Source: Eledone cirrhosa
Taxonomy: Eukaryota
Assembly: GCA_964016885.1 (NCBI GenBank)
Contig: OZ024742.1
Span: 368,900,001 to 368,964,000 of the forward strand
DNA length: 64,000 nt
Direction of reading: 5' to 3'
A program made the position numbers and the translations under genes. This document shows, piece after piece, positions 25,660-36,700 of this stretch; position 1 is the stretch's first letter; the number at the start of each line of letters is the position of its first letter. Below the pieces are notes generated by a model, which was given only the letters and a program-made list of their open reading frames with translations, did no database searches and was not told the origin of the DNA.

Positions 25660-25995
25660 GAGGTTACTCAATAGAGTGCATAGCTCAGAGAGTCACTACA
25701 GGTAGAACCGCTACTACTCCAAATTGAGAGATATTCTGAGATATTCTAACCACATGCCCAATACTATGGGCATGTGGCTAGAATATCTCAGGAAAGAATC
25801 ACTGGACAGATTTTACGGGCAAAACCAGCTGGCAAGAGACCCAGGGGTAGATTCCGAGTAAGATGGTTGGATGGTCTTGCTTGGGGATCCAGCCAGATCA
25901 GTTGGAAATGGATGCTTCTGACAGGACCCACTGGAAGGAGTGTTTGAGGACTCTGCCCCTATGACCCTTTCAGGAATAAGTGGGAGAAGAAGAAG
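25660..25995 (+). mobile_element. RTE (Expander/Rex3-like) 3' fragment
   Basis: ESLQVEPLLLQIER..YYGHVARISQERI..GKRPRGR..RWLD, with a (GAA)n-like end. Homologous to the reverse complement of 61450-61730. Confidence 0.8.
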
Positions 25996-26770
25996 ACTCT
26001 TTCATACTCCATAGCCTTTATTTTAGGAACACACAGTACAGCGAATCACTTATAGTCAAAAGGCTAAACTTCGTTTGTAATAATACAAGCTTTTATTTTG
26101 TGGTTTATTTACTTTTACAGATACAATATTTATATTTGTTAAAGCTAGAAAACCATGTGGGCGCACACAGAAATTCACATTTATTTTTATAGATCGTGTA
26201 TACACACACATTGTTTGTAAGCAACAAACCAAATATACATAGAAAACTATGTATAAATACCAAACTTAGAATATCTACTGTCAAACCCAGAAATACCATA
26301 ATTTTATAGGTTTGCACGTTTCAAACAGTTCTCCTAGTCACAAGTTTATCCTAAAGTGCAAAAAGAAGTCATAAGTTTGTTCCTCTCTCTCTCTAGCACC
26401 ACAGTTCATGACATTGAATTAAGCAATGTTTATTAATTAGTCTCATTAGAATGTCATCAAGAGATTATAATATTCAGGAATATAGTGCCTAACTAAAACA
26501 CAGGCAACATGTAATCCATATCGGATTAGCCAGAGATGGGCGCCAGTAACACTTGTTCTACAGTTTGATTTTAAAATGTTTTTACAAAATTAAAAACAAA
26601 GGACAAATAAATGAAAGAAAAAATAACAAAACAGATAAGGAAACCGTTTGATTGGTTTTAGTTAGATTATCTAATTATTTAGATAAAGCAGTTTTATTTA
26701 TCCAGTCTTAGCATTTATTAAATTTATTTCCTTCTATGCTCATCATAAAATGGGGTTTCTCTTTAACATG

Positions 26771-26980
26771 TGCAAGAGGGTGCTGAAAATCTCTTGACTT
26801 TGGGTAAAAGAAAATACAGGAGGATCAGTTTATTATGATTTTATTCAACATCTTCCCCTCTCAGATTCACACACTTATTGCAGGGGTCCTTCAGTTTTTC
26901 TAAGTCCTGTAAAAAGACGGTTGAGCCTCCTGGCTTCTGTAGCAGTGATAAGCCAGGAACCTTTCAGCACCTCCCTCGTA
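26771..26980. mobile_element. mariner-type MITE
   Basis: The left end caagagggtgctgaaaatctcttgactt matches the reverse complement of the right end (tacgagggaggtgctgaaaggttcctggctt). TA-CGAGGG is a typical mariner terminus. Confidence 0.7.
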
Positions 26981-27689
26981 TATATTCTTCCAACAATAAT
27001 TTTCCAGCATTTTATACATATTTTATATTTAGTATATTTCTTGCAAAAACACAACAAGCATTTTAAACCGTTTTCCCTGCCATAGCAGGGGTTAGCTTTG
27101 CAGACCCCATCACAAGTTTCTCCATATTGCCCTCTTGTCTACATCCCTCTTCACCAATCCTTTAACTTTCTCTTTCTCCTACATCATCTTTAGCCATGTT
27201 TTTCCTCCCAAATAAATCTTTATTTAAGTTACTCTGCATCTCTGAGGCTGAACATTACATTAGATAAAAGTTTGTTTGATTTTTGTGCTAAGCTTATTTT
27301 TTAATTTATCAATATAAAATAGGGGTGAATTTTTAACCCTAGGCTTGAGAATACAGGTGAACAGGGACAGATTTTAAATCAACCAATAAATTGTTATCTT
27401 CTAGTTAGTGCAGTTTGTTATTTCAGTAGATTCCACTTTCTCTGTTTTTAACCAGTACTGCTACCAAACAAGAGTAGTACAGACATGTAGGAGACCAGCT
27501 AAACCTACACAGGTGGAAGTCATGTATTGGGACCAATATCATCAATTAAACTCTTTGCCAACATGTCTTATCCCACTGCAAGGTACAATTAGCTAGTTCT
27601 AAAAAGAGGAGAAATAGCAGCCATAGCCCTTTGTAAGTCCCTTACCCTACCTACTGAGAAGGATGCAGTTGATTATATTTTATTAGCTT

Positions 27690-28085
27690 GCAGTTAAATA
27701 ATAATAATGACATTTTTTGTACAGTGATCAGGTGCACTACAACTCATCAAAAAGTGTATGCATAGGGTAATGTACAAACGTAGGAAAATGGACAGTGCAT
27801 GAGTCATGATATACACGTGTGCATGTGTATGGAAGGGGTACAGCAGGTGTAGTTTTGGCGAATGTTGGGAAGCATGAGGGTTTTAAAGGATGCAGTGTCT
27901 CGGCAGCTAACAACTGACGCAGGCAGTTTGTTCCATGCTTCAGCAACTCTAAGCGTGAAAAAATGTTTCCGAAAGTCCTGGGAGCTGTGCTGTTTTCTGA
28001 TTTTGTAGGCATGTTCACGTGTGTTAGACACATGGAGATCAAAAAGGTGCTCAGTGTTGTTGTTGGCGAGATGGTTAATAACTTT
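27690..28085 (-). mobile_element. CR1-group LINE 3' fragment
   Basis: TREHAYKIRK..RKHFFTLRVAEAWNKLPASVV..SFK is the CR1 ORF2 C-terminal signature, followed by an (ATT)n-type tail. Confidence 0.88.
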
Positions 28086-28159
28086 GATGGTTAATAACGT
28101 TGCTAGACTAAAATCTTTATTATAATCAATAGTAACATTCCTGTCTAAGAAATAAGATC

Positions 28160-28225
28160 TTAACCTTTTAGATACCAACCCACCTGCCCAGGGCTTCTTT
28201 AGAAATATGGTAACTAAAGGGTTAA
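28160..28225. mobile_element. 66-bp internally deleted TTAA MITE, family A
   Basis: ttaa-ccttttagatacc...ggtaactaaaggg-ttaa. Confidence 0.65.
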
Positions 28226-28561
28226 TTGATCATTTTATTAGAATAATGGAAGTAACATCACAACATAAACTTGTAAAAGACATAAGGAGGGATGTCACAA
28301 TAAAATATACATGATAAAGTGTGGGGTGGTATGTAGAGACTCTGACCCACCTGGAGGTCAGAGGCTCTCCTTAAATAGTGACCAGTTCAAGCATGGGAAA
28401 ATGGATGTTAAACAATGATGATGTCATGACACCAGTATCAACACTCCCAATTTTTCAGCAGGAACCTAATGCTGTGTCCCTTCAGACATTATACTTTCTC
28501 CAGAATATTATATCACATCTTTAGCTTGAGACTCAGTTAGACTAGCTAACTTGCTATTAAC

Positions 28562-28723
28562 ATGGATTGGCAGTATTAGTGCAACATTGGACACCATGGT
28601 CCACGCCACAGATTTACGGCCCTTTACATTCTGAGTTCAAATCCCTCCAAAGTTACCTTTGTCTTTCATCATTACGGGGTCGATAAAATAAAACACCAGT
28701 AATATACTGGAGGCGATTTAATC

Positions 28724-28755
<32 letters not shown>

Positions 28756-28785
28756 ATAAAATAATTACTGGCCTTGTGCTTGAAT
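28562..28785 (+). mobile_element. SINE family 1, diverged, with an internal (GT)n
   Basis: atggattggcagt...gagttcaaatccc...ctttcatcattacggggtcgataaaata. Confidence 0.75.
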
Positions 28786-28810
28786 CAAAAACCATTATTA
28801 TTATTATTAT

Positions 28811-28990
28811 TGTGGATCGGCGGTATCGGTAGAGGGCTGGACGTCATGCTTAGCAGCACAGAGTTACAGCCCTTTAACTTTAACCCGCTGAGGTTAACTT
28901 TGACTTTCATCCTTACAGGGTCGATAAAATGAAGTACCAGTAATGCACTGGGTAATTGCTGGCCTTGTGCCAAAAGTAGAAATAATAATT
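28811..28990 (+). mobile_element. SINE family 1
   Basis: gtggatcggcggtatcggtagaggg...ctttcatccttacagggtcgataaaa...gtagaaataataat; tandem with the previous copy. Confidence 0.82.
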
Positions 28991-29152
28991 ATTGTTATTA
29001 TTGTTGTTGTTATATATCATTCTAAGTGTACTCAGTTCTCAGTGATATTTAATCTCCCAATCAAGTCAAATGACCTCAGATTGAAATCACTTTTCACAGA
29101 ATACAACTCCCAACAATGCAGATCTTTACAGAGTTGTTATATTTAGTGAAAT

Positions 29153-30649
29153 GCCCTCCGATGGCGTCGTCGGACGCTGGACGGAGGGCCCGGTGAAGTT
29201 GCTCGGGGTCTGGTTCGGACCGGACCTCCAGGTGGAGAAAAACTGGGCGGAGGTTACGAACAGGGTGTTTGCACTGACCCAGAAGTGGGCCAGTTGCAAA
29301 CTATCCCTGAAAGGTCGGGCGGAGGTGGCGAACACTTATATAGCGTCCGTCATCTACTACCGCCTGACCGTAGTGCCCTGCCCAAGGGAAACCCTCACCA
29401 AGATGGAGCGCGCGCTCTTCCAATTCCTTTGGAAGAGGCGGGCTCCTATGGTGAGGAGATCCATCTGCTGTCAACACCCTTCGAAAGGAGGGCTGGGGAT
29501 GCCGTGGCTAATGATGCGTAAACACGCATTAAGGCTACGGCACCTCTACGTATTCCTCACCGGACAACCGGTGTGGGCCTCGTTTGTGAGACGAACCTTT
29601 CCCAGACTCGTCTCACTCACCGAGCTGCAATCCTGGGTCAAGCAAAGACCGAGAAAACTGGGCGCCTGGCACACTGAGTGTGCCCAGGCGCTCACCGCCC
29701 TCTGGCAGGCGGATCCGGTTATCAGTGGAGACTCCACCGCAACATTCTATAGAGGGCTGGTACGCAGCAGGTGCGACGACGCCCTCGGAGAAGCCCTAGA
29801 CATGGAGGAGGACGAACTGGCCAGCCTGTTCAGTAGGACATTCAGCCCGGGACCTATGGACAACTTCCAGAAGTCCCTGGCCTGGCAGTGCTACCGAGGG
29901 GCTTTACCCGTTCGAGAAAGGCTCTACAGACACGAGCGCCCGGGTAGGGACCCCGCCAAAAAGATCTGTCCCAGATGCGTGTGCGACGAGGAAACCGTTG
30001 CACACGCATTGGTACACTGCTCGGGCATTGCCGATCTGTGGGGTTATGTCGAACAACTGCTGTCAAGGGTGGGACCGATCCGGTTGACCACCGAGTCTAT
30101 TGTAATGATCAAGCCGCCTCCCCCCTTCAAAGATGAAGCAGAGGCGGTGTTTCTGTGCGTAATAGCCATGGCGAAAGAGGTTGTATGGTGGACGCGTCTG
30201 AAAGGACTGAGGTCAGGCACCTTTCTCTCTGGCCAACAACTGGTCCGTTTCTTCCGATATCATTTCGGAAGAAGGATCAGGATGGAGAGAGAGGTGCTGC
30301 ACCCCAGTCGTTTTTATGAAAGGTGGGTGAAAGTGGCGAGAATGGCCCGTGTGAATGGGCCTTCTCTTTACATAAGCCTGTAGGTGGAAAGGAGGAAGGA
30401 ACGAGGGAGCACCCCCTCTCTGTGCTCCTGAGGAAAAGGGTTGCACACTTTTTTCGGGGGGGTGTGCGACCCCCCCAAGGCGCCTCCTCTCTATTGAGGA
30501 TTTTGTTATAAATTTTATTTTTTGTTATATCTTATTTTATTTTTATATATTGTTATTGCCTCCTCCTTATTGAGGACGCCTTTTTGTGTAAACTCCCCCC
30601 CATTGTACTTGTCCCACTTTTGATGCCCTAGTGGCAAATAAAAGAAACA
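29153..30649 (+). mobile_element. young 5'-truncated Tx1/L1-clade LINE with 15-bp TSD
   Basis: Uninterrupted 410-codon ORF2 C-terminus (KLLGVWF, LSLKGR, FLW, GGLG, CxxC..ET..H..C zinc knuckle). TSD tatatttagtgaaat at 29138-29152 and 30650-30664. Confidence 0.93.
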
Positions 30650-31519
30650 TATATTTAGTGAAATACCAAGTTCCTTCAAATAACAAACACACTTAAGTTT
30701 TCGGTGACCCTCTCATCACTACTCCTATCATTTTCCTGTTTTATCCCACACCCTAGCAATTTTCAAAATGTAACTTATATTAAATCATTGCTTCAGGCCC
30801 TTTCAATAATTTCTAACTGGTTTACTCAAATATCTCTTGACCTAAAAACATTTCACTGACAACCATCAAACTTTCTTCCTCCTGATACACATCCTTGTGT
30901 CTCTAACATTATTTCATTCAACTTGCTGGAATCAGTGATGCTTTTAAAAAGCTATGGGCTTTAACCAGCCATTTACAATGAAAGTAACACATACCATGAA
31001 TGGATCATTCACAACTCTTTCCACTTCAGTGAACACAAGCCTTCTTCACATGCTTCACTGACATTTACTGTCATACATTCAATATACAACCTAGTCTTCT
31101 ATACAAGCTGCATTGTATCACTCCACAACCACACCAACCACTCCTCCCACCACCCAGACCCACCCACCCACCACCATGTCCCCACCCACTCCAACCACCA
31201 CCACCCTGCCCCCACCCAACACTAAACTAAACCACTTTAGATAATAGGTCAGTGTTTCTTCTTTTAACCCACTTTGATGTTACAAAAACAAAAAACAAAC
31301 CTAAAAGAAAGACAAAACTGTGCCCCACCCCCACCATTATAGCCACTAGTTACCCCCACATAGTAGACATTCTCAAGCCCCCCCCCCCTTCACCAAAATA
31401 CCCCCCCCCCAATAAACACTGTGATAGACATCACAATGGATCTAGGCCTTCACATCACAGCCACTCCTCATATACAACTCCAATCACAGCTCAACTATAA
31501 ATACTATAATTCAACCACC

Positions 31520-31820
31520 AGTGTATGTATATGTCTGTGTGTATATATGTGTGTGTGTGTATGTATATGTGAATAAGTGGGTGTATGTGTGTATGTATAT
31601 GTGAGAGAGAGTGTGTGTGTGAGTATGTATGTATGTGGGTGTATATGTGTGTGTGTATGAGTATATGAGAGAGTGTGTGAGTATGTATGTGGGTGTATAT
31701 ATATGTGTGTATGAGTATGTATATGTGAGTGTGTGTATGAGTATGTATATGTGAGTGAGTGTGTGTGTATGTGTGTGTAAGTGTACGTGCATGAGTGGGT
31801 GTATATGTATTGTATATATG
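31520..31820. repeat. (GT/AT)n low-complexity tract
   Basis: Direct reading. Confidence 0.85.
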
Positions 31821-32739
31821 GGAGCTGTGTAAGTTATCTGAACTTTATCAATGAGGTCAAGTTTAAAACTATTTTAGAAGAGGTGAGGAGTTAGAAGATA
31901 GAAAAGATACCCTTGGGGTAGGGGAGACAATTACCATATATCTCATAAAATACACTATATTTTAATTAATCAGTGAAGAGTTTGGAGGGATTTACTAAAT
32001 TATTTCAATCAAGATAGTATAACACTATGGGACGCAACTCCAGGTAGGAAGACCAACGGAAACATTGTTTCTTCGGTCCCATTTGACGAAAGTGGATCAA
32101 CAATTTTTTATAACACTAGGAATTTTTTCAACACGCTGACGGATATGTGTGTATGTGTGTGTATGTGTGTGTATGTGTGTGTGTGTATGTGCGTGCGTGC
32201 GTGCGTGCATGCGTGCGTGTGCGTGTGTGTAAATATAAACATGCAAACACAGACATACAAAAATACACTCACAGATATACATTCACACAAAGCGTAGCAA
32301 ATGGAACGCCACCGACTGTTTTGCTATAGTTATTTCACCATCCCCTTTCTTCCATTTACACACAGACACACACACACACACACACACACACATTGTGTAA
32401 TGGACAGACAGATGGAAGTTACTCAAATTTATAGATAACAGACAAAAAGACTTTTTCTATATTTAACATTATTTTGGAAGATTGTAATTTGAAAGGATGG
32501 TTTGGTTCCACAGAACTTTTGGTAGGTTAATGATGTGTGAAGTGTTTGTGGAGACTGGGAAGCGCACAGTGTAGTACTCAATACATGTTGAGTTAGAGGT
32601 AACATACTTAGATCCAACTGTGTTGGTCAAAGAAGGGAGGAAAACAGAGAATTTAATAAATATTAATATTTCACTGAAACCTGACTTGAAACACAGGGAG
32701 TTTCATGGGGAGTAGAATAATGAAGGGGTTAAAGTATAG

Positions 32740-33210
32740 TGGGGTGGTATTGGTGGAGTGGTATTGCTGAAGTGGTATTGGTGGAGTGGTATATAGACTG
32801 GAGTGGTATTGGTGGAGTGGTATTGGTGGAGTGGTATATAGACTGGAGTGGTATTGGTGGAGTGGTATTGGTGGAGTGGTATTGGTGGAGTGGTATATAG
32901 ACTGGAGTGGTATTGGTGGAGTGGTATATAGACTGGAGTGGTATTGGTGGAGTGGTATATAGACTGGAGTGGTATTGGTGGAGTGGTATTGGTGGAGTGG
33001 TATATAGACTGGAGTGGTATTGGTGGAGTGGTATATAGACTGAAGTGGTATTGGTGGAGTGGTATATAGACTGGAGTGGTATTGGTGGAGTGGTATATAG
33101 ACTGAAGTGGTATTGGTGGAGTGGTATATAGACTGGAATGGTATTGGTGGAGTGGTATATAGACTGGAGTGGTATATTGACTGGGGGAAATATGGTGGAG
33201 TGGTATATAT
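32740..33210. repeat. 14/17-bp compound minisatellite
   Basis: Mixed units ggagtggtattggt and ggagtggtatatagact. Confidence 0.9.
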
Positions 33211-33229
33211 GGATATAAGACTATGTTGT

Positions 33230-33630
33230 GCCTGTGTATATATGCCAGTGTGTATATATGCCAGTGTGAAGGTATGTGTGAGTGTGAATTTATAGGTGTA
33301 TGTATGTGTGTGTATGTGAATGTATATATGTGTGTATGTGTGTATGTGTGCATGTGAATGTATATATGTGTATGACTGTATATGTGTGTATGTGAATGTA
33401 TATGTGTGTGTGCATGTGATTGTATATATGTGAATGTATGTATATGTGTGTGTGAATGTATATATATGTGTGTGTGAATGTATATATATGCGTGTGTGTG
33501 TGAATGTATATATATATATGTGTGTATGCGCGTGTGTGTGAATGTATATATATATGTGTGTGCGTGTGTGTGAATGTATATGTGTGCGTGTGTGTGAATG
33601 TATATCTATATGTGTGTGTGTGTGTGTACA
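33230..33630. repeat. (GT/AT)n low-complexity tract
   Basis: Direct reading. Confidence 0.85.
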
Positions 33631-33702
33631 TGAAGTAATTCATTAATGTATTTCTTCATGTTATTCTACCATGTAGTATGTGACTAATCTGTGGCAAACT
33701 GC

Positions 33703-33737
33703 GTTGTTAGGGAAACCTGTTTGGTTACCATAGTAAC
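33703..33737. promoter_or_regulatory. tandem RFX X-box-like motifs
   Basis: GTTGTTAGGGAAAC (33703-33716) and GTTACCATAGTAAC (33724-33737). The second fits the X-box consensus GTHNYY-AT-RRNAAC. Both sit in a short unique island. Confidence 0.4.
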
Positions 33738-33798
33738 TGTCTAGAGCAGGGAACAACAACAACAACCTGTATGTTGAATTGATGAATGACCTTCAGTC

Positions 33799-36700
33799 TG
33801 TAGTTAATGTGGTGTGTGTAGTTAATGTGGTGTGTGTAGTTAATGTGGTGTGTGTGTGTAGTTAATGTGGTGTGTGTGTGTAGTTAATGTGGTGTGTGTG
33901 TGTAGTTAATGTGGTGTGTGTGTGTAGTTAATGTGGTGTGTGTGTGTAGTTAATGTGGTGTGTGTGTAGTTAATGTGGTGTGTGTGTGTAGTTAATGTGG
34001 TGTGTGTGTGTAGTTAATGTGGTGTGTGTGTAGTTAATGTGGTGTGTGTGTAGTTAATGTGGTGTGTGTGTGTAGTTAATGTGGTGTGTGTGTAGTTAAT
34101 GTGGTGTGTGTGTGGAGTTAATGTGGTGTGTGTGTAGTTAATGTGGTGTGTGTGTAGTTAATGTGGTGTGTGTGTGTAGTTAATGTGGTGTGTGTGTAGT
34201 TAATGGGGTGTGTGTGTGTAGTTAATGTGGTGTGTGTGTGTAGTTAATGTGGTGTGTGTGTGTAGTTAATGTGGTGTGTGTGTGTAGTTAATGTGGTGTG
34301 TGTGTAGTTAATGTGGTGTGTGTGTGTAGTTAATGTGGTGTGTGTGTGTAGTTAATGTGGTGTGTGTGTAGTTAATGGGGTGTGTGTGTAGTTAATGTGG
34401 TGTGTGTGTAGTTAATGTGGTGTGTGGGTGTAGTTAATGTGGTGTGTGTGTAGTTAATGTGGTGTGTGTGTAGTTAATGTGGTGTGTGTGTGGAGTTAAT
34501 GTGGTGTGTGTGTAGTTAATGTGGTGTGTGTGTAGTTAATGTGGTGTGTGTGTGTAGTTAATGTGGTGTGTGTGTAGTTAATGGGGTGTCTGTGTGTAGT
34601 TAATGTGGTGTGTGTGTGTAGTTAATGTGGTGTGTGTGTGTAGTTAATGTGGTGTGTGTGTGTAGTTAATGTGGTGTGTGTGTAGTTAATGTGGTGTGTG
34701 TGTAGTTAATGTGGTGTGTGTGTGTAGTTAATGTGGTGTGTGTGTAGTTAATGTGGTGTGTGTGTAGTTAATGTGGTGTGTGTGTAGTTAATGTGGTATG
34801 TGTGTAGTTAATGTGGTGTGGGTAGTTAATGTGGTGTGTGTGTGTAGTTAATGTGGTGTGTGTGTGTAGTTAATGTGGTGTGTGTGTAGTTAATGTGGTG
34901 TGTGTGTGTAGCTAATGTGGTGTGTGTGTAGTTAATGTGGTGTGTGTGTAGTTAATGTGGTGTGTGTAGCTAATGTGGTGTGTGTGTAGTTAATGTGGTG
35001 TGTGTAGTTAATGTGGTGTGTGTGTAGTTAATGTGGTGTGTGTGTAGTTAATGTGGTGTGTGTAGTTAATGTGGTGTGTGTGTGTAGTTAATGTGTTGTC
35101 TGTGTAGTTAATGGTGTGTGTAGTTAATGTGGTGTGTAGTTAATGTGGTGTATGTAGTTAATGTGGTGTGTGTGTGTGTAGTTAATGTGGTGTGTGTGTA
35201 GTTAATGTGGTGTGTGTAGTTAATGTGGTGTGTGTGTGTAGTTAATGCAGTGTGTAGTTAATGTGGTGTGTGTGTAGTTAATGTAGTGTGTGTAGTTAAT
35301 GTGCTGTGTAGTTAATGTGGTGTGTGTGTAGTTAATGTGGTGTGTGTAGTTAATGTGGTGTGTGTGTAGTTAATGTGGTGTGTGTAGTTAATGTGCTGTG
35401 TAGTTAATGTGCTGTGTGTAGTTAATGTGGTGTGTGTGTAGTTAATGTAGTGTGTGTAGTTAATGTGGTGTGTGTAGTTAATGTGGTGTGTGTAGTTAAT
35501 GTGGTGTGTGTAGTTAATGTGGTGTGTGTGTGTAGTTAATGTGGTGTGTGTGTAGTTAATGTGGTGTGTAGTTAATGTGGCGTGTGTAGTTAATGTGGTG
35601 TGTGTAGTTAATGTGGTGTGTGTAGTTAATGAGGTGTGTGTGTGTAGTTAATGTGGTGTGTGTGTGTAGTTAATGTGGTGTGTGTAGTTAATGTGGTATG
35701 TGTAGTTAATGTGGTGTGTGTAGTTAATGTGGTCTGTGTGTGTAGTTAATGAGGTGTGTGTGTAGTTAATGTGTTGTGTGTGTAGTTAATGTGGTGTGTG
35801 TGTGTAGTTAATGCAGTGTGTAGTTAATGTGGTGTGTGTGTAGTTAATGTAGTGTGTGTAGTTAATGTGCTGTGTAGTTAATGTGCTGTGTGTAGTTAAT
35901 GTGGTGTGTGTGTAGTTAATGTAGTGTGTGTAGTTAATGTGCTGTGTGTAGTTAATGTGGTGTGTGTAGTTAATGTTGTGTGTGTAGTTAATGTGGTGTG
36001 TGTCTAGTTAATGTGGTGTGTGTGTAGTTAATGTGGTGTGTGTAGTTAATGTGGTATGTGTGTGTAGTTAATGTGGTGTGTGTAGTTAATGTGGTGTGTG
36101 TGTAGTTAATGTGGTGTGTGTGTAGTTAATGTGGTGTGTGCAGTTAATGTGGTGTGTGTAGTTAATGTGGTGTGTGTGTAGTTAATGTGGTGTATGTGTA
36201 GTTAATGTGGTGTATGTGTAGTTAATGTGGTGTATGTGTAGTTAATATGGTGTATGTGTAGTTAATGTGGTGTGTGTAGTTAATGTGGTGTGTGTGTGTA
36301 GTTAATGTAGTGTGTGTGTAGTTAATGTGGTGTGTGTAGTTAATGTGGTCTGTGTAGTTTGTGGCGTGTGTGTGTAGTTAATGTGGTGTGTGTGTAGTTA
36401 ATGTAGTGTGTGTAGTTAATGTGGTGTCTGTGTAGTTAATGTAGTGTGTGTAGTTAATGTGGTGTGTGTAGTTAATGTGGTGTGTGTAGTTAATGTGGTG
36501 TGTGTGTAGTTAATGTAGTGTGTGTAGTTAATGTGGTGTGTGTGTAGTTAATGTAGTGTGTGTAGTTAATGTGGTGTGTGTAGTTAATGTGGTGTGTGTA
36601 GTTAATGTGGTGTGTGTAGTTAATGTGGTGTGTGTGTAGTTAATGTGGTGTGTGTGAGTAGTTAATATGGTGTGTGTAGTTAATGTGGTATGTGTGTAGT

